Of a DNA stretch of 64,000 nt, positions 51,701 to 64,000 are shown piece by piece. The DNA lies in NCBI GenBank assembly GCA_021613535.1, contig CP075496.1, positions 12,462,001-12,526,000 of the forward strand. Reading direction: 5' to 3'. Position numbers and translations under genes: made by a program. Every line of letters starts with the position of its first letter. Position 1 is the first letter of the stretch. The stretch is from Adineta vaga (lineage: Eukaryota > Animalia > Rotifera). The notes beneath the pieces were generated by a model. The model was not told the DNA's origin and did not search any database. It saw only the letters and a program-made list of their open reading frames with translations.

Positions 51701-52566
51701 TTGGAGTTTGCAAAATGTACTTTTGTTTTGTTTTTAAACAACATAGAAATGATCATTAGTTCGTATAAATAAACATTCAGTATGAGATGGTGAGCCTGTC
51801 AGAGACATGGTGTCATGTCAAAATATTTACGAATGCGTTTCTATTGCTATTTGGTAGCAATACTCTAAATGTCACTCGATATTCTAATGCTGCGTATATT
51901 CTGTTTTCTGCTTTAACTCCCTCTTTTTTTTGCTATCTGTCTATCTGTTTATCTCTCTCGTCTCTTTTGGCCTCAATCGCTCACAGATGGTTGAATGAGA
52001 AACCATTCTGATGCTCTTATTATTAGTGAACTCAACTGAATCTCTCTACGTGTATGCATATGTATGTCATGCTTGCTTCAATTTGATGAGATCTTTTTTG
52101 CTACATCTTTTTCCGGTCTTTTCCTCTTCTCTTCTTCCAGTTTTTTAGTTGACAATGTTGTCGTGCATTCATCTCCTCCTCTCTACTCTTCATGTTATTG
52201 TCTCTAGCGTGTGACAGAACGACGATCATTATTATTAGAGAAATATGTAAGTTCGATGATCGACTTAGGAATAGTTTAGTAGGAACATGCGAATGTTTAA
52301 TCGATTAAGTATGAATAATATCTTCGATATAAGCGAAAGAAGATTGTGTTGAATCCAAGTGCATTTTGTGCTCTTATGAGACAATAATCAACCGAGAAGT
52401 AGCCATAAGAGAGAATGATAGTCTCTGTATACATGTATTCTTATCTATTGTCATCGGTATTGTTTTCAAAGTCTTTAGACTCCCTTTTCTTGCTTTTCAA
52501 CTAGTGTAATATGCCACTCGTTTCCATGCGTGCATATATGCGTGTATAGAGGAAAATAATGGAAAC

Positions 52567-52596
52567 GATGATGATGATGATGATGATGATGATGAT
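52567..52596. repeat. (GAT)n microsatellite
   Basis: About 10 tandem GAT units. Confidence 0.8.
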
Positions 52597-54065
52597 ATTC
52601 TCCTGAGAGACTCATAGAGAACGAACACAAGCATAAAAAATAAAGATGATGGTAATGCTTATATTTTCTGTCGATCAGCTTTTAATCTGTGTATGCACAT
52701 GCGTGCGTTTGCGCACATCGTTATCGAACTTCTCGGGTGGAAACAAATCGGAAGTAGACAACCTTGCAAGCAGATTAGCAGAAAGTAGTGGCATTCCTTT
52801 ACATTTGAATGTCCAAAGTGAAGATGGCGAGACAGAATGCAAAAAAAAGAGAGAATTCGACACAGAGAATAGAAAGAGAACATAACAATTAATTTCCCTT
52901 TTTTTTGAATGACTGAACGACTAAATAGCACCCAACGATAGAAAAAAAAAGAACAAGAGAAGAAGAAGAGAAAAAAAATGAAAATATACAGGAATGAATT
53001 TGCACGAAAGCACAGGATGAAGGTTTTGAAAGAATCTCAATAATAATAATAATAGTGCAGTAAGAAACAGAACACGTTTCTCATGAGTATAATTTCTATC
53101 ATGAACATGAACTAATCAGATTTTGTTGAAGATAATAGTTGCAGGTAAGATGAGCGCGTTCTTTATTTGCTTTTACTAATGCGCGCCGAGAGAAAGAGAA
53201 GGGAAGAGGAGTTTTTCTGTCGTGTTAAATAAATTGGCTATTGTTGACGATTGATGCAATGCAATGGCTGTCGATTTATCAAAAACTAATCTTATTTCGT
53301 ATACAAATACGAATTAGTGGTTCTTATCTCATAAGCAAAAGAAGAGGAAATCCGACATTTTAATTTCGTTATCGCATCGCATCGCATCGCATTGCACTGA
53401 ATTACATTCCCTTCTAGTTAGTAACGTTCGACTTCTCATCAATTCTTGTTGATTATTTAATAGAAGAAAATTTTTTTCTCTTATTTTCATCGATATGAAA
53501 ATGATGTTATACGAGGAAGGGCCATCAACAATGAAATCCTTGTCATCATTGTCTTCATCACTCTTTCTCGAAAAGAGACTTCTGCCTTCATTCCTATTTT
53601 CCCTAATGACTGCTGACAGAGAGTAAATCGAAGTCGATGATCGGATCAGATATACGCGTGACTTCTAATTTTATTAAGTTCGATCTTTACAACAAACGAT
53701 AAAAGCATGCATTGTTTATATGTTCAGAGATTTTACTATGCGTATTAATTCTCTTGATCATGTGGAAATTATGATGACGATGACGAAAAGAAGAGTGACA
53801 ACTCACATACAATGTTTATTATACGTAAAAAAAAGTGAAATCTTTTCACAAGAATACCAATAATGCTCATTTTCTCTCATTTATCTAAGAATCGTTTTTA
53901 ATAACACCGCTCGCTTCTAACATATACATCTCGAAATCATCATCATCTATTCGCTACTAGTCGTTGACATCGGGCTGGTTTCCATTCATTTTGCCGTCAT
54001 CATCATCGGTTGTTGACGACAGTGTCAAATTAATCATTGCTCTACCTCAGTTGATGTCGTCCTTG

Positions 54066-54120
54066 CTCTCTCTCTCCTCTCCTCTCTCTCTCTTCTTCTT
54101 CTCTTCTCTTCTCTTCTCTT
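54066..54120. repeat. Polypyrimidine (CT/CTT/CTTCT) tract
   Basis: About 55 nt of pyrimidines only. Confidence 0.75.
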
Positions 54121-56772
54121 GACTTCGGCAGAAATCATCTGCGAATAGAGCTGAAAAGGCGAGAAAAAGAGAAACTAATTTTAGCTTGCTTTCTTCCCGT
54201 TCCACTGCTCGTTCCTTCTAATTAGCAGTTATCAAAAATAACTATTTTACATTCTAACACTATGTTTTTCGTTGTTATTGTCGTTTCATTACATCTAACA
54301 TGAAATTTATCGTGCCAAAAGCTACCCATTCAATTGCATCTCTTATTTTTGAAGTTTTGCATAAACAGTGAGTAACAAAAATCTTTCTTCTATATATAAT
54401 AATCCGTAGTAATAATAAAAAAAAGCAAAATGAAATCACTTTTTCTCCTTTTGCTTATATTTGTGTTCCAATGTTAACGAGGAGAGAGAGAGAGAGGAGA
54501 GCGTTCATTTAGTAATGCATCACTGTAACCCTCATCATCAATTCCAATCGATACGAAAACAACAGAGGAGAAGTAGAAGAAGAAGAAAAAAAAAGAAACC
54601 AAACTGAAATCAATACACTATTCTTTCTCTTAGTATTAAATACACGCGTGCCCTACTGTCGCCAGTCGCCGAAGTAATTTTCATCATTTTTCATTCCAAT
54701 TGCTTCTATGATTCTTTTTGTCTCTTACAGTCGAACTCAGTCTATATTTTCTACTCATTCGATCATGCTGTTTCCAATCGTATAAACAGCCTTTTCCTTT
54801 CTATCTATTAATTTGCTATATTCATTTTATTTTATCTTAATGAAGGTTTTTTCTTTCTTTAAATTCAGAGAAATACAAGGCGTGACCAAATCAAACAAAG
54901 AGCCTAACGGGAAATGAGGACACCCGATAAACGTCCGGGTAAGCGATATATGTATATATGAGAAGTAGTCATTTTATTCTTATTATATATGATTTTTTTT
55001 CAAATAAGTATTTATTCGCAACATTTACTTGAACTTTTAAGCGTCTTGTTTTAGCTAAATGGCAAAAAAAAATATTATTTATTTTCTTTTCATCATCCTC
55101 TTCGTTTCCTTCGGTTTTTTCTCTCCCCTCATCGTCGACATTATTATCAAGATAATATATCATTTTCTGGGTAAAATTCTTATGAGATTTTAAAAACTAA
55201 AAACAGAAGGCATGGTCACAAAGAATTACAGATGTTTGATAAGGTTATGATCCTGATTTACAATAGTGGGTACGTCATTTTGAAGTTATGTTGATTGACA
55301 CAGTCATTTTCATATGAGAGACAAATGAGTTAAGACAGATTGATGGATATCTTATGACAGAGTTTGAATATAAGAACATCTCATCTATTCTAACTAATCT
55401 AAACAAAATCCGTCATTGAAATGATACAACTTCTTCAAAGATCAGTAAGTTTTTCAATAAATACAATTTCTTTAGACCATCTATTCATCTGTTACTTAAT
55501 GATTAGAATAAATCGACTAGTTCTAATCCGATTATGTTACTAGTATTAGTTTTTTAATGATCATATTATCAATTAATTCTCTCGACATGATCGACGAATT
55601 CATACGCTTAGTTAACAATTAATGACGTCAAAGATGAGTATGTCGAAGGCAAAGTTAATTACTAACCTGATTGAATTTATTCTACGAAAGAAGAAAACTC
55701 TTTCATATGATATTCATCATCGTAACTTTTCTTCTGAATAAGTCGTTCATCCTTCATTGAACATATGCATATATATATTGTTCTTGTCAGTTATAATGAA
55801 CTTCTATTCATATCGTGCAATTAATATGGTTATCAATCAAACATTTATCATTTATTTAGTATATCAAAATGAACAAGAAATAGAAAAGACATCCATCAAG
55901 AGTTTTTGTTTCATACGAAAACTATAATTTCAATGCAATTATCTAACAACATTTCCAAATATGTAAAACAGTATAATTTTGATGCGACAGATATCCATAT
56001 CCTTCTGTATGCATCTTCAATTACTATCATCAAGAACACATTCAATGTGAAAAAGTTGCCCCTCGGCAACAACAACAACAACAACGAGAACGGCGAACTA
56101 AAAGATTTCCCAAGAGATTTGTATACATTTTATTACACGAGCATACTAGAATGAGACAATGTTAGGAATAAAGAAGAAAAAAAAAACTTAGGAACAACAT
56201 TCATCTACATCATTCATTTATCTCTAATTTTCTTTTCTTTCTTTTTAGATCAATAAAATATTTAACTATAGATCAAAAAAAAAGTCAAGGATATCAAAAA
56301 CTAGGATGGTAATGAAATATGTAAAAAATTTTACCTCCTAGTTCTTTTCTGTCGGCTCGATGTAAGTTCTGGCAAGGTCATATTCTCTCTATTGACTTAT
56401 TAACAGCATGTTTTTTCTACTACAAAATTCATACACACACGTATATTCATATACATATATATACTTATTCACACAAAAGTAGATGTCATTTTTGTGTAAT
56501 TCTAAGAGAACATTATTTCAATATACACCTTTATAGTAAACTTACTTGAAATAAATGAGATTCGAAACAACTAATGACAATATATATATATATATGCATA
56601 TATGTATACGAATGCTTTTCTTTTGACGTAAAACACATCAATAATGTTTGATTATTATTAGTTTTTTGTATGTGTATATATAGATGCCTATCGGTGTCGA
56701 CTCCTGTTACTATAACCAATCTTACCATCACCTATTCCATTCAAATGATGCAGCAAGATTATTTGCCCGATT

Positions 56773-59700
56773 ATGGATAAAAATCGTTTGACAACCTCCC
56801 ATAATACAAATCATACTGTTTATAATACGAATAATCTTTATCATAATTCAACACCAACAATTGTCTCCATACCAAATGATGATATACATATTCAAGAAAC
56901 GGATCGTTTTTTAAACGAACATGCATCATCAAATATTCTTTCGGATTTACCACGTTCACGTAATCTTGAAGAAATAGATGAAAATGAATTACCATTTCCT
57001 GGTTTTGTTGATCAAGTTTTCTATTGTCTTAAACAAACGACAACACCTCGGTATCAATGTTTACGTCTAATAACATGGCCATGGTTTGAACGTATTAGTA
57101 TGTTCGTTATTTTACTTAATTGTATTACACTTGGTATGTATCAACCATGTGCACATCATACTGCTGTACAATTAACAAAAAAATGCGATACAGCACGTTG
57201 TATATGGTTACAAGGAACAGATTATTTTATTTTTGGATTTTTTACAATCGAAATGTGTATTAAAATGACAGCAATGGGAATTTTTGGCAAAGGAACATAT
57301 CTAGCTGAAACATGGAATCGACTTGATTGTTTTATTGTCGTTGCCGGGTAAACATTTATTCTGTTTTTCTTTTTGTTTAAAAAAACAAACAAATCTTCTT
57401 TCTTTCTTTTTATTTTCTACAGATTAGTTGAATCATTAATACCAGGTGATAATTTAAGTTTATCAGCTATTCGTACAGTTCGTGTTCTTCGTCCATTACG
57501 TGCCATCAATCGTGTCCCATCTATGCGTATACTTGTCATGTTATTACTTGATACATTACCAATGTTGGGAAATGTGTTACTTCTGTGTTTTTTTGTCTTC
57601 TTCATATTTGGTATTGTTGGTGTACAATTATGGAAAGGTTTATTACGTAATCGTTGTTTTCTACAATTAAATATTACAACTATACCTAGTCATCCATTGT
57701 TCGAGTATGTTTTCATCTTGTTTTTTCTTTTGTTATTCAAATAGAAATTTTATTGGAATATTTAGTGATTTTCCTCTACGACCTTTTTATATTCCAGCTG
57801 ATCAAGATTCTTTTGTTTGTTCACATCCTCAATCAAGTGGTATGACAAAATGTTCGGAAATACCCAAATTACGGAAAGGAAATATGACATGTGAATTAGA
57901 TTTTTATACAATAAGAGAACAAATATCGAATGATTTCCATAAATCAATCAATGGATGTATTAATTGGAATCAATATTATAGATTTTGTAATGTTTCCGAT
58001 AAAAATCCTTATTCGGGTTCAATTAGTTTTGATAACATTGGTTTAGCGTGGGTTGTTATTTTTCAAGTAAGATTCAATTTCATTATCGATTTTAAATTTT
58101 TTTTGATTTAACACTATTTTCTGTAGATAATTAGTCTAGAAAGTTGGGTGAATATAATGTATTATATTCAAGATGCACATTCATTTTGGGATTGGATTTA
58201 TTTTGTCTTCCTTATTATTATTGGATCATTTTTTATGATTAATTTATGTCTTGTTGTTATTGCTACACAATTTAGTGAGACAAAAAAACGTGAAACAGAA
58301 CGGATGCTTGCTGAACGACGACGATTTTCACGTTCATCAAGTACTCTATTAAGTGATGAACCCGGTTCATGTTGGGAGGAAACCATCAAATATCTTGAAC
58401 GTTTATGGAAACGTGGACACAAACGCTTAAGAATTCTTTGGCGTAATCATCGAAAAAAACATACACAAGTAAGATATATACATTCATTTGATTATTCAAT
58501 GTCAGAACATTTCTGTTTTTTCCGTCTTTGAAGGTCAATAAAAAACATTTATTAGGTGAAAAAAATGGTCATCGAAGACAACGATTAACAACAAATGAGA
58601 AGAAATCCTCATTAACCATCAATTCATCTCAATTATCAAATCATCATTTTACACATCAAGTTAATTGCCCACTTTATCAACCTACAGAAATCGTAAATAT
58701 TCAAGCATGCCAATCAACAACATCATCCATATCTCCTTATTTAATTGATGCACCTGCTGCAAGTCCAGAAATTTCTGAAATTATTGATTCAGCACATTCA
58801 CCAAGTCCACCTCGAATTGAACTTCAGATAATTCCATCAACATCATTGATTGTTAATTCTATAACACCAACATTAGCATCGAATAAATCAAAAGATTATT
58901 CAAGAAAAACTACGGATGTCGCAGAAATTATTTGTCCAGACGTTAATATAACTCCATCAGCAAACAATATTGTTGAATATTTATTAACTGAAACATTAAA
59001 TAAGAAATCCAGTATTCAATTTTGTGAATGTCAACGTCTAGAAAATCTTAGCGAAGATGAAAATGATGATGATGAAGAAAAACACGAAAGGAAACGATCA
59101 GGACTAAGTCTCTTTTGTCATCGATATATTCTATCTTATTTGATAAAATTTCGTCATTTCATCTCATGTTTTGTTGCAAGTAAATATTTTCGTCGAATTG
59201 TTCTATCCGCTATTGTTATTAATACATTATCAATGGGTATTGAATATCATGGTCAACCGATGTCATTAACTAATGCATTAGAATATAGTAATATTGTATT
59301 TACAACATTGTTTGCTATTGAAATGGTTTGTAAAATAATTGCTGATGGTTGTCTGACATATATTAAAAATGCTTATAATTTATTTGATGGTATTATTGTT
59401 ATAATGAGTGTTATTGAATTACAAGGAAATAAAAATAGTGGTCTATCTGTTTTACGTACATTTCGTTTACTACGTGTTTTAAAATTAGTGAGATTTATGC
59501 CAACATTAAGACGACAATTGGTAAGAATGAATTTTAATCTCAAGAGAAGAAATTTAATTACTAATCTGATCATTTTTAGGTTGTAATGCTGAAAACTATG
59601 GACAATGTTGCAACATTTTTCTCTCTATTAATTCTATTTATATTTATTTTCAGGTAAGTGTTAATCAACATGTTTATCGTTTTTCTTCTTCTCATTTTCT

Positions 59701-62700
59701 TTATCTAACTATTAAAAATCCTTGAATATATATATATCGAGATATATTCATCGAGTTTTAATAGATAGTTTATTCTATCTAAAACTAATACGAAATTCTT
59801 CTCCAGTATCTTGGGTATGAATATTTTTGGATGCAAATTTTGCAAATACATCGAAGTTAAACACAGCAAAGAGCTCGAATTCGAGTGTTCACGAAAAAAC
59901 TTCGATTCTCTCTTATGGGCAACTCTAACTGTCTTTCAAGTAATTAAAAAAAGCACACATACATATATATATATATCGATATTTCACAAACGAAAAAAAG
60001 CAAACATTTCTATTCGTCTGTCTTTGCTGAGATTGTCTTTGTATGTTGTTATTGATGTCCACACACAGATGAAGAACATTCGCAGAATAAGAAAACATTG
60101 ATGCTAGTCATTATTTCTAAATATGTTATGCTTTCAATGTTCTTATTCGTTTTTCTCTCTTTCTTCCTTTCTTATTGCACAGAATAATTCTCTTTTGTTT
60201 GTTGTGTTTTTGTTTTATTCTTTTCGATAATCAACAAATAGTATTCTTGGAATGCATTTATTTGGCGGTGAATTTTGTACATTACAAGCATTCAATTCCA
60301 CATCACGTGAACAATTTGACATGAAATGTCGTTGTTGTACGTGTCCTGAAATGGATCTTTTGAAAAATCATACTGAACTCAAAGATTTCAAATGTATACA
60401 AGAGAGAAAAAATTTCGATTCATTACGTTTTGCAGTCTTAACCGTTTTCCAGGTATCGAATTCTATCAGATAATCTCTTGCATATAAATTGAAATCTAGC
60501 ATTTAAAATTACCTTTTCTTCTTTATACATTTCATGTTAGAAATGAATGTTATTTGTTTTATTTTTGCTTGAATTCTTCTTTCTCTCGCTGCACATACCA
60601 TTCGTTATTCCTGCTTTATGTATTTGATTTGAATTGCTGATGTAGAATTATGATTTTCAATTGAGATTATTATAATTGATTGAAAATCTTTCATATAGGT
60701 CTTAACACAAGAAGATTGGAATGAAGTTCTTTATAATGGAATGGAAAAGACAAGTGCTTGGGCGGCTTTATATTTTATTGCATTGATGACATTTGGAAAT
60801 TATGTTTTATTTAATTTATTAGTTGCTATTCTTGTTGAAGGATTTTCAACAGAGGTAAAGAATATTTTTTCATTTAATATCCTATTATTATTGAAATTTT
60901 GTGTTTTAGAAAGGAAGTAGTGGTTCAGAAAGTGGAAGTAGTACTGATCGATTGGCAAAAGCAGATCCATTTAAGGTCGATATCATATTTAGTTAAATCT
61001 TTTCTAAACATCAAATATTTCTTTATTTAGACTCAAGCACTATTAACAGGTGATGTTGAAGTGCCAGCAAATCCACACGAATTAATTACAGATGATCTTG
61101 CAAGTACTAAAAATAGTAATAATGAACATAAAAATTCTCGTACAAAAGGTGAGATCAATTTTAATTTTTCTTCGTGCATCAATTTCTTTATCTTTTAGAA
61201 GTAAAAATAATGATTCCAAAAATTTCTATTAGTAATGGCGATGATCCAAATCTATCAATGCTTGAAACTAGAATACGACGAGCGGTTACCATGTCATCTC
61301 CACCATCTCCATATAAATCTATTATTAAAAATCGTTCGTCTCAACCACAAACCCCATCATCAACTTCAACAACAACTCAAAGTTATTACACATGTCCAAC
61401 ACGTATGGAATCTTATGTTTCAAATGATCTCGCACGAAATTCATCAATTAAAAATAAAACATCAAATCAAGCTCAAATGAAAACACACATAATTGATGAA
61501 AATGATACTGAAAATGATGTTTCGGAAATGTCACAAATAGAGGATTTAACAAGTTTAACTGCATCTCTTACTGAACAAACAGTTCCTAGACGACGTGGTA
61601 CTATATCAACAACATCAATGTCACATCCAAATCGAAATATACTCAAAAGACAATATAGTCTAGGTGGAAATCGTTCAACGAAGATTGTTAACAATTTCAC
61701 AACAACAGAATCAGTTGAATCAACAAAAAAACAATTCATTCCACATGTATCAGCACCACCACCTCCATTACCATATGCAGAAAAAAACGTTCGAAATATC
61801 TTAGTACAAACGAATTCAAAAGAACAAGATAAAAGTGAAATTCCTATACGTCGAACTGTTTCTCATCGACCATCATCAGCATCATCATCACCAACAACAA
61901 CAATCTATCGACGTTTTGTTGAACAAGATGGAAAATTAATTGAACAACCAATAACAAAACGGCGATCAACTTTCGACAATTCATCCTCTCAAACAGTTCA
62001 AATGGAAACATCGAGTATTTATGAAACACCTAGACATGAATGTGACCAATTTATTCCAACAAATCGAACGAATTCTATTCGATTAGTTACAGATTCAAAT
62101 TTCAATACACATGCAATTATTAACGATCAAAGTGATATGCAATTAGAACTCAGAAGACAAAATAGAAAACCAGACGGGGTAAGATAACAATTATTTCAAT
62201 CAAATCATTCTTCATTTAAACTATAATTCTGTGAAAACATCTTTATATTTAGCTTTTACAAATATGTTTAACTCGTCTATGTGGAGAACATATTTCTCAT
62301 TGGTTACGAAAACGAGAAGATTATTCTCTCTATATTTTTTCACCAAATAATCGGTAAATATAAATCATTTCTCTTGTATACACTAAGTGTTTTAAAACAA
62401 TAATACCAAATTTATCATTGTAGATTACGTCAAGCATTGCAAAGTCTGATAATAAAGAAATCATTTGATTATACTGTTCTATTTTTTATTGCACTCAACT
62501 GTATCACACTTGCTATGGAACGACCATCGATTCCATCGACCAGCGTTGTATGTTATTTATCTATTAAACATATCAATTCAATGAAATAATATCTTTCTTT
62601 TTTATTTTGTTTTAGGAACGTCAATTTCTAAATATAACCAATTATATCTTCACTGTCATCTTCAGTATTGAAATGACCATAAAAATTATTTCTAGTGGAC

Positions 62701-64000
62701 TTATCTGTGGATCAGATACATATTTACATACAGGATGGAATGTTATGGATGGTTCACTTGTCGTTATATCAATTGTTGATCTTTTAACAATGCATCGTGG
62801 ATCGGTATCAGCGGCAGGTGTAGAATCCGATGCAGCAACACGTATATTTAGTATGTTAAGAGTATTTCGTCTACTAAGAACATTGCGACCACTCAGAGGT
62901 AAGTCTCCTTTAAGAATTTCTCTTACATGTAATATTTCTTTTTTTAATTTTTGTAGTAATTAGTCGAGCACCGGGCTTGAAACTTGTTGTACAAACATTA
63001 ATTTCATCATTGAGACCCATTGGTCATATTGTCGTTATTTGTTGTACATTTTTTATCATATTTGGTATTCTTGGTGTACAGGTAAATAAATTCTCTGAAT
63101 TTTTCTCAACTATAATTCTATTTTCTTTTCCTGTAGCTTTTCAAAGGAAAATTCTACTATTGTGAAGGTCAATTTTTTCGTAATATTACAACACGACAAC
63201 AATGTGAAGATACATCAGATCATCGTTGGAAAAATCAACAATATAATTTTGATAATTTAGGCCAAGTAACTTTTTACTCATTTCGATTATCTTTCCTTTT
63301 ATATTATTTAATTTTCTATCTAGGCATTACTGGCGTTATTCGTGTTAGCATCACGTGATGGTTGGGTACAGATTATGTACAATGGCATTGATGCTGTCGA
63401 TGTTGATATGCAACCAATAAGGAATTATAATGAAGCTAACTTAATATATTTTATATCCTTTCTATTACTTGTGGGCTTTTTTGTGTTGAATATGTTTGTT
63501 GGTGTTGTTGTGGAAAACTTTCATAAATGTCGTGCCGAACAAGAACGAGAAGAAAAAGCTCGACGTACAGCTAAACGAGCGAAAAAAATTGAACGTAAAC
63601 GACGACGCATGCGTGAAGTACCATATTATGCACATTTTTCTCCATGGAGAAGACGATTACATGATGTATGTAATAGTAAATATTTTGATCTGATTATTGC
63701 TGCTGTTATTGGTCTGAATGTTGTTACTATGTCATTAGAATTCTATTTAATGCCACCGGTAAGATAAAATTTTGAAGGAAGAATTTGTCGAATTTATTAT
63801 TGATTTCAATTAGATTTTTGATGTGACACTTGATTATTGTAATTATGTGTTTACAAGTGTATTTATACTTGAATCAATATCGAAAGTAATTGCATTAGGA
63901 CCATTACGTTATTTTAAAGACAAGTAAGAATTAAAATATCATGTGAAATGTATAATTGATTGTTTATTGATGATTTTCTTCTTCTAAGATGGAATCAATT
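56773..64000 (+). CDS. Cav3: T-type voltage-gated calcium channel alpha-1 subunit (Cav3), 3'-incomplete (domains I-III and the start of IV)
   Basis: [26 protein letters not shown]4 segments, pore loops ISLESW / LTQEDW / ASRDGW (E,E,D), QFSETKKRE and the gating-brake motif [12 protein letters not shown]. Confidence 0.96.
59807..59939 (+). CDS. Cav3 alternative domain II turret exon, 12a-type (3 Cys)
   Basis: AG/GT-bounded 133-nt exon encoding [12 protein letters not shown]...[19 protein letters not shown]. Confidence 0.88.
60242..60452 (+). CDS. Cav3 alternative domain II turret exon, 12b-type (6 Cys)
   Basis: AG/GT-bounded 211-nt exon encoding [12 protein letters not shown]...CRCCTC...[20 protein letters not shown]. 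Confidence 0.88.

Noticed and set aside
56684-56772. Earlier ATG for Cav3 right after an acceptor
   Set aside because: It is out of frame with the channel, whose frame has a stop near 56713. At most it is a uORF.
1-64000. tRNA, rRNA, SL-RNA genes or intact transposons
   Set aside because: None was recognisable by eye. A covariance-model and repeat-library search would be needed to exclude them.

Overview
AT-rich eukaryotic genomic DNA with many short (about 45-70 nt) GT-AG introns. The gene content is metazoan/protostome and most consistent with a bdelloid rotifer (inference, not verified). Genes were reconstructed by hand-splicing, in order: ADP/ATP carrier (+); a short APC-like protein with no Armadillo repeats (+); NF-YA (-); a small secreted PDF/cerebrin-like neuropeptide precursor (+); a 14-exon secreted Ser/Gly-repeat protein built from micro-exons (-); an unknown gene (-); a decayed partial HSD17B4 duplicate (-); a tightly packed co-oriented trio ROGDI-TCAIM-HSD17B4 (-) with about 100-bp spacers; a GCK-III kinase (+); a long intron-containing histone H1 (-); a single-Ig, probably GPI-anchored protein (-); an Amt-family transporter with most canonical pore residues replaced (-); and the 5' part of a Cav3 T-type channel with mutually exclusive domain II turret exons (+, runs off the window). 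Best leads: a candidate trans-spliced operon, the non-canonical Amt, the Armadillo-less mini-APC, the micro-exon repeat protein and the patchwork homogenisation of the HSD17B4 duplicate. No database searches were run; family calls rest on recognised motifs.
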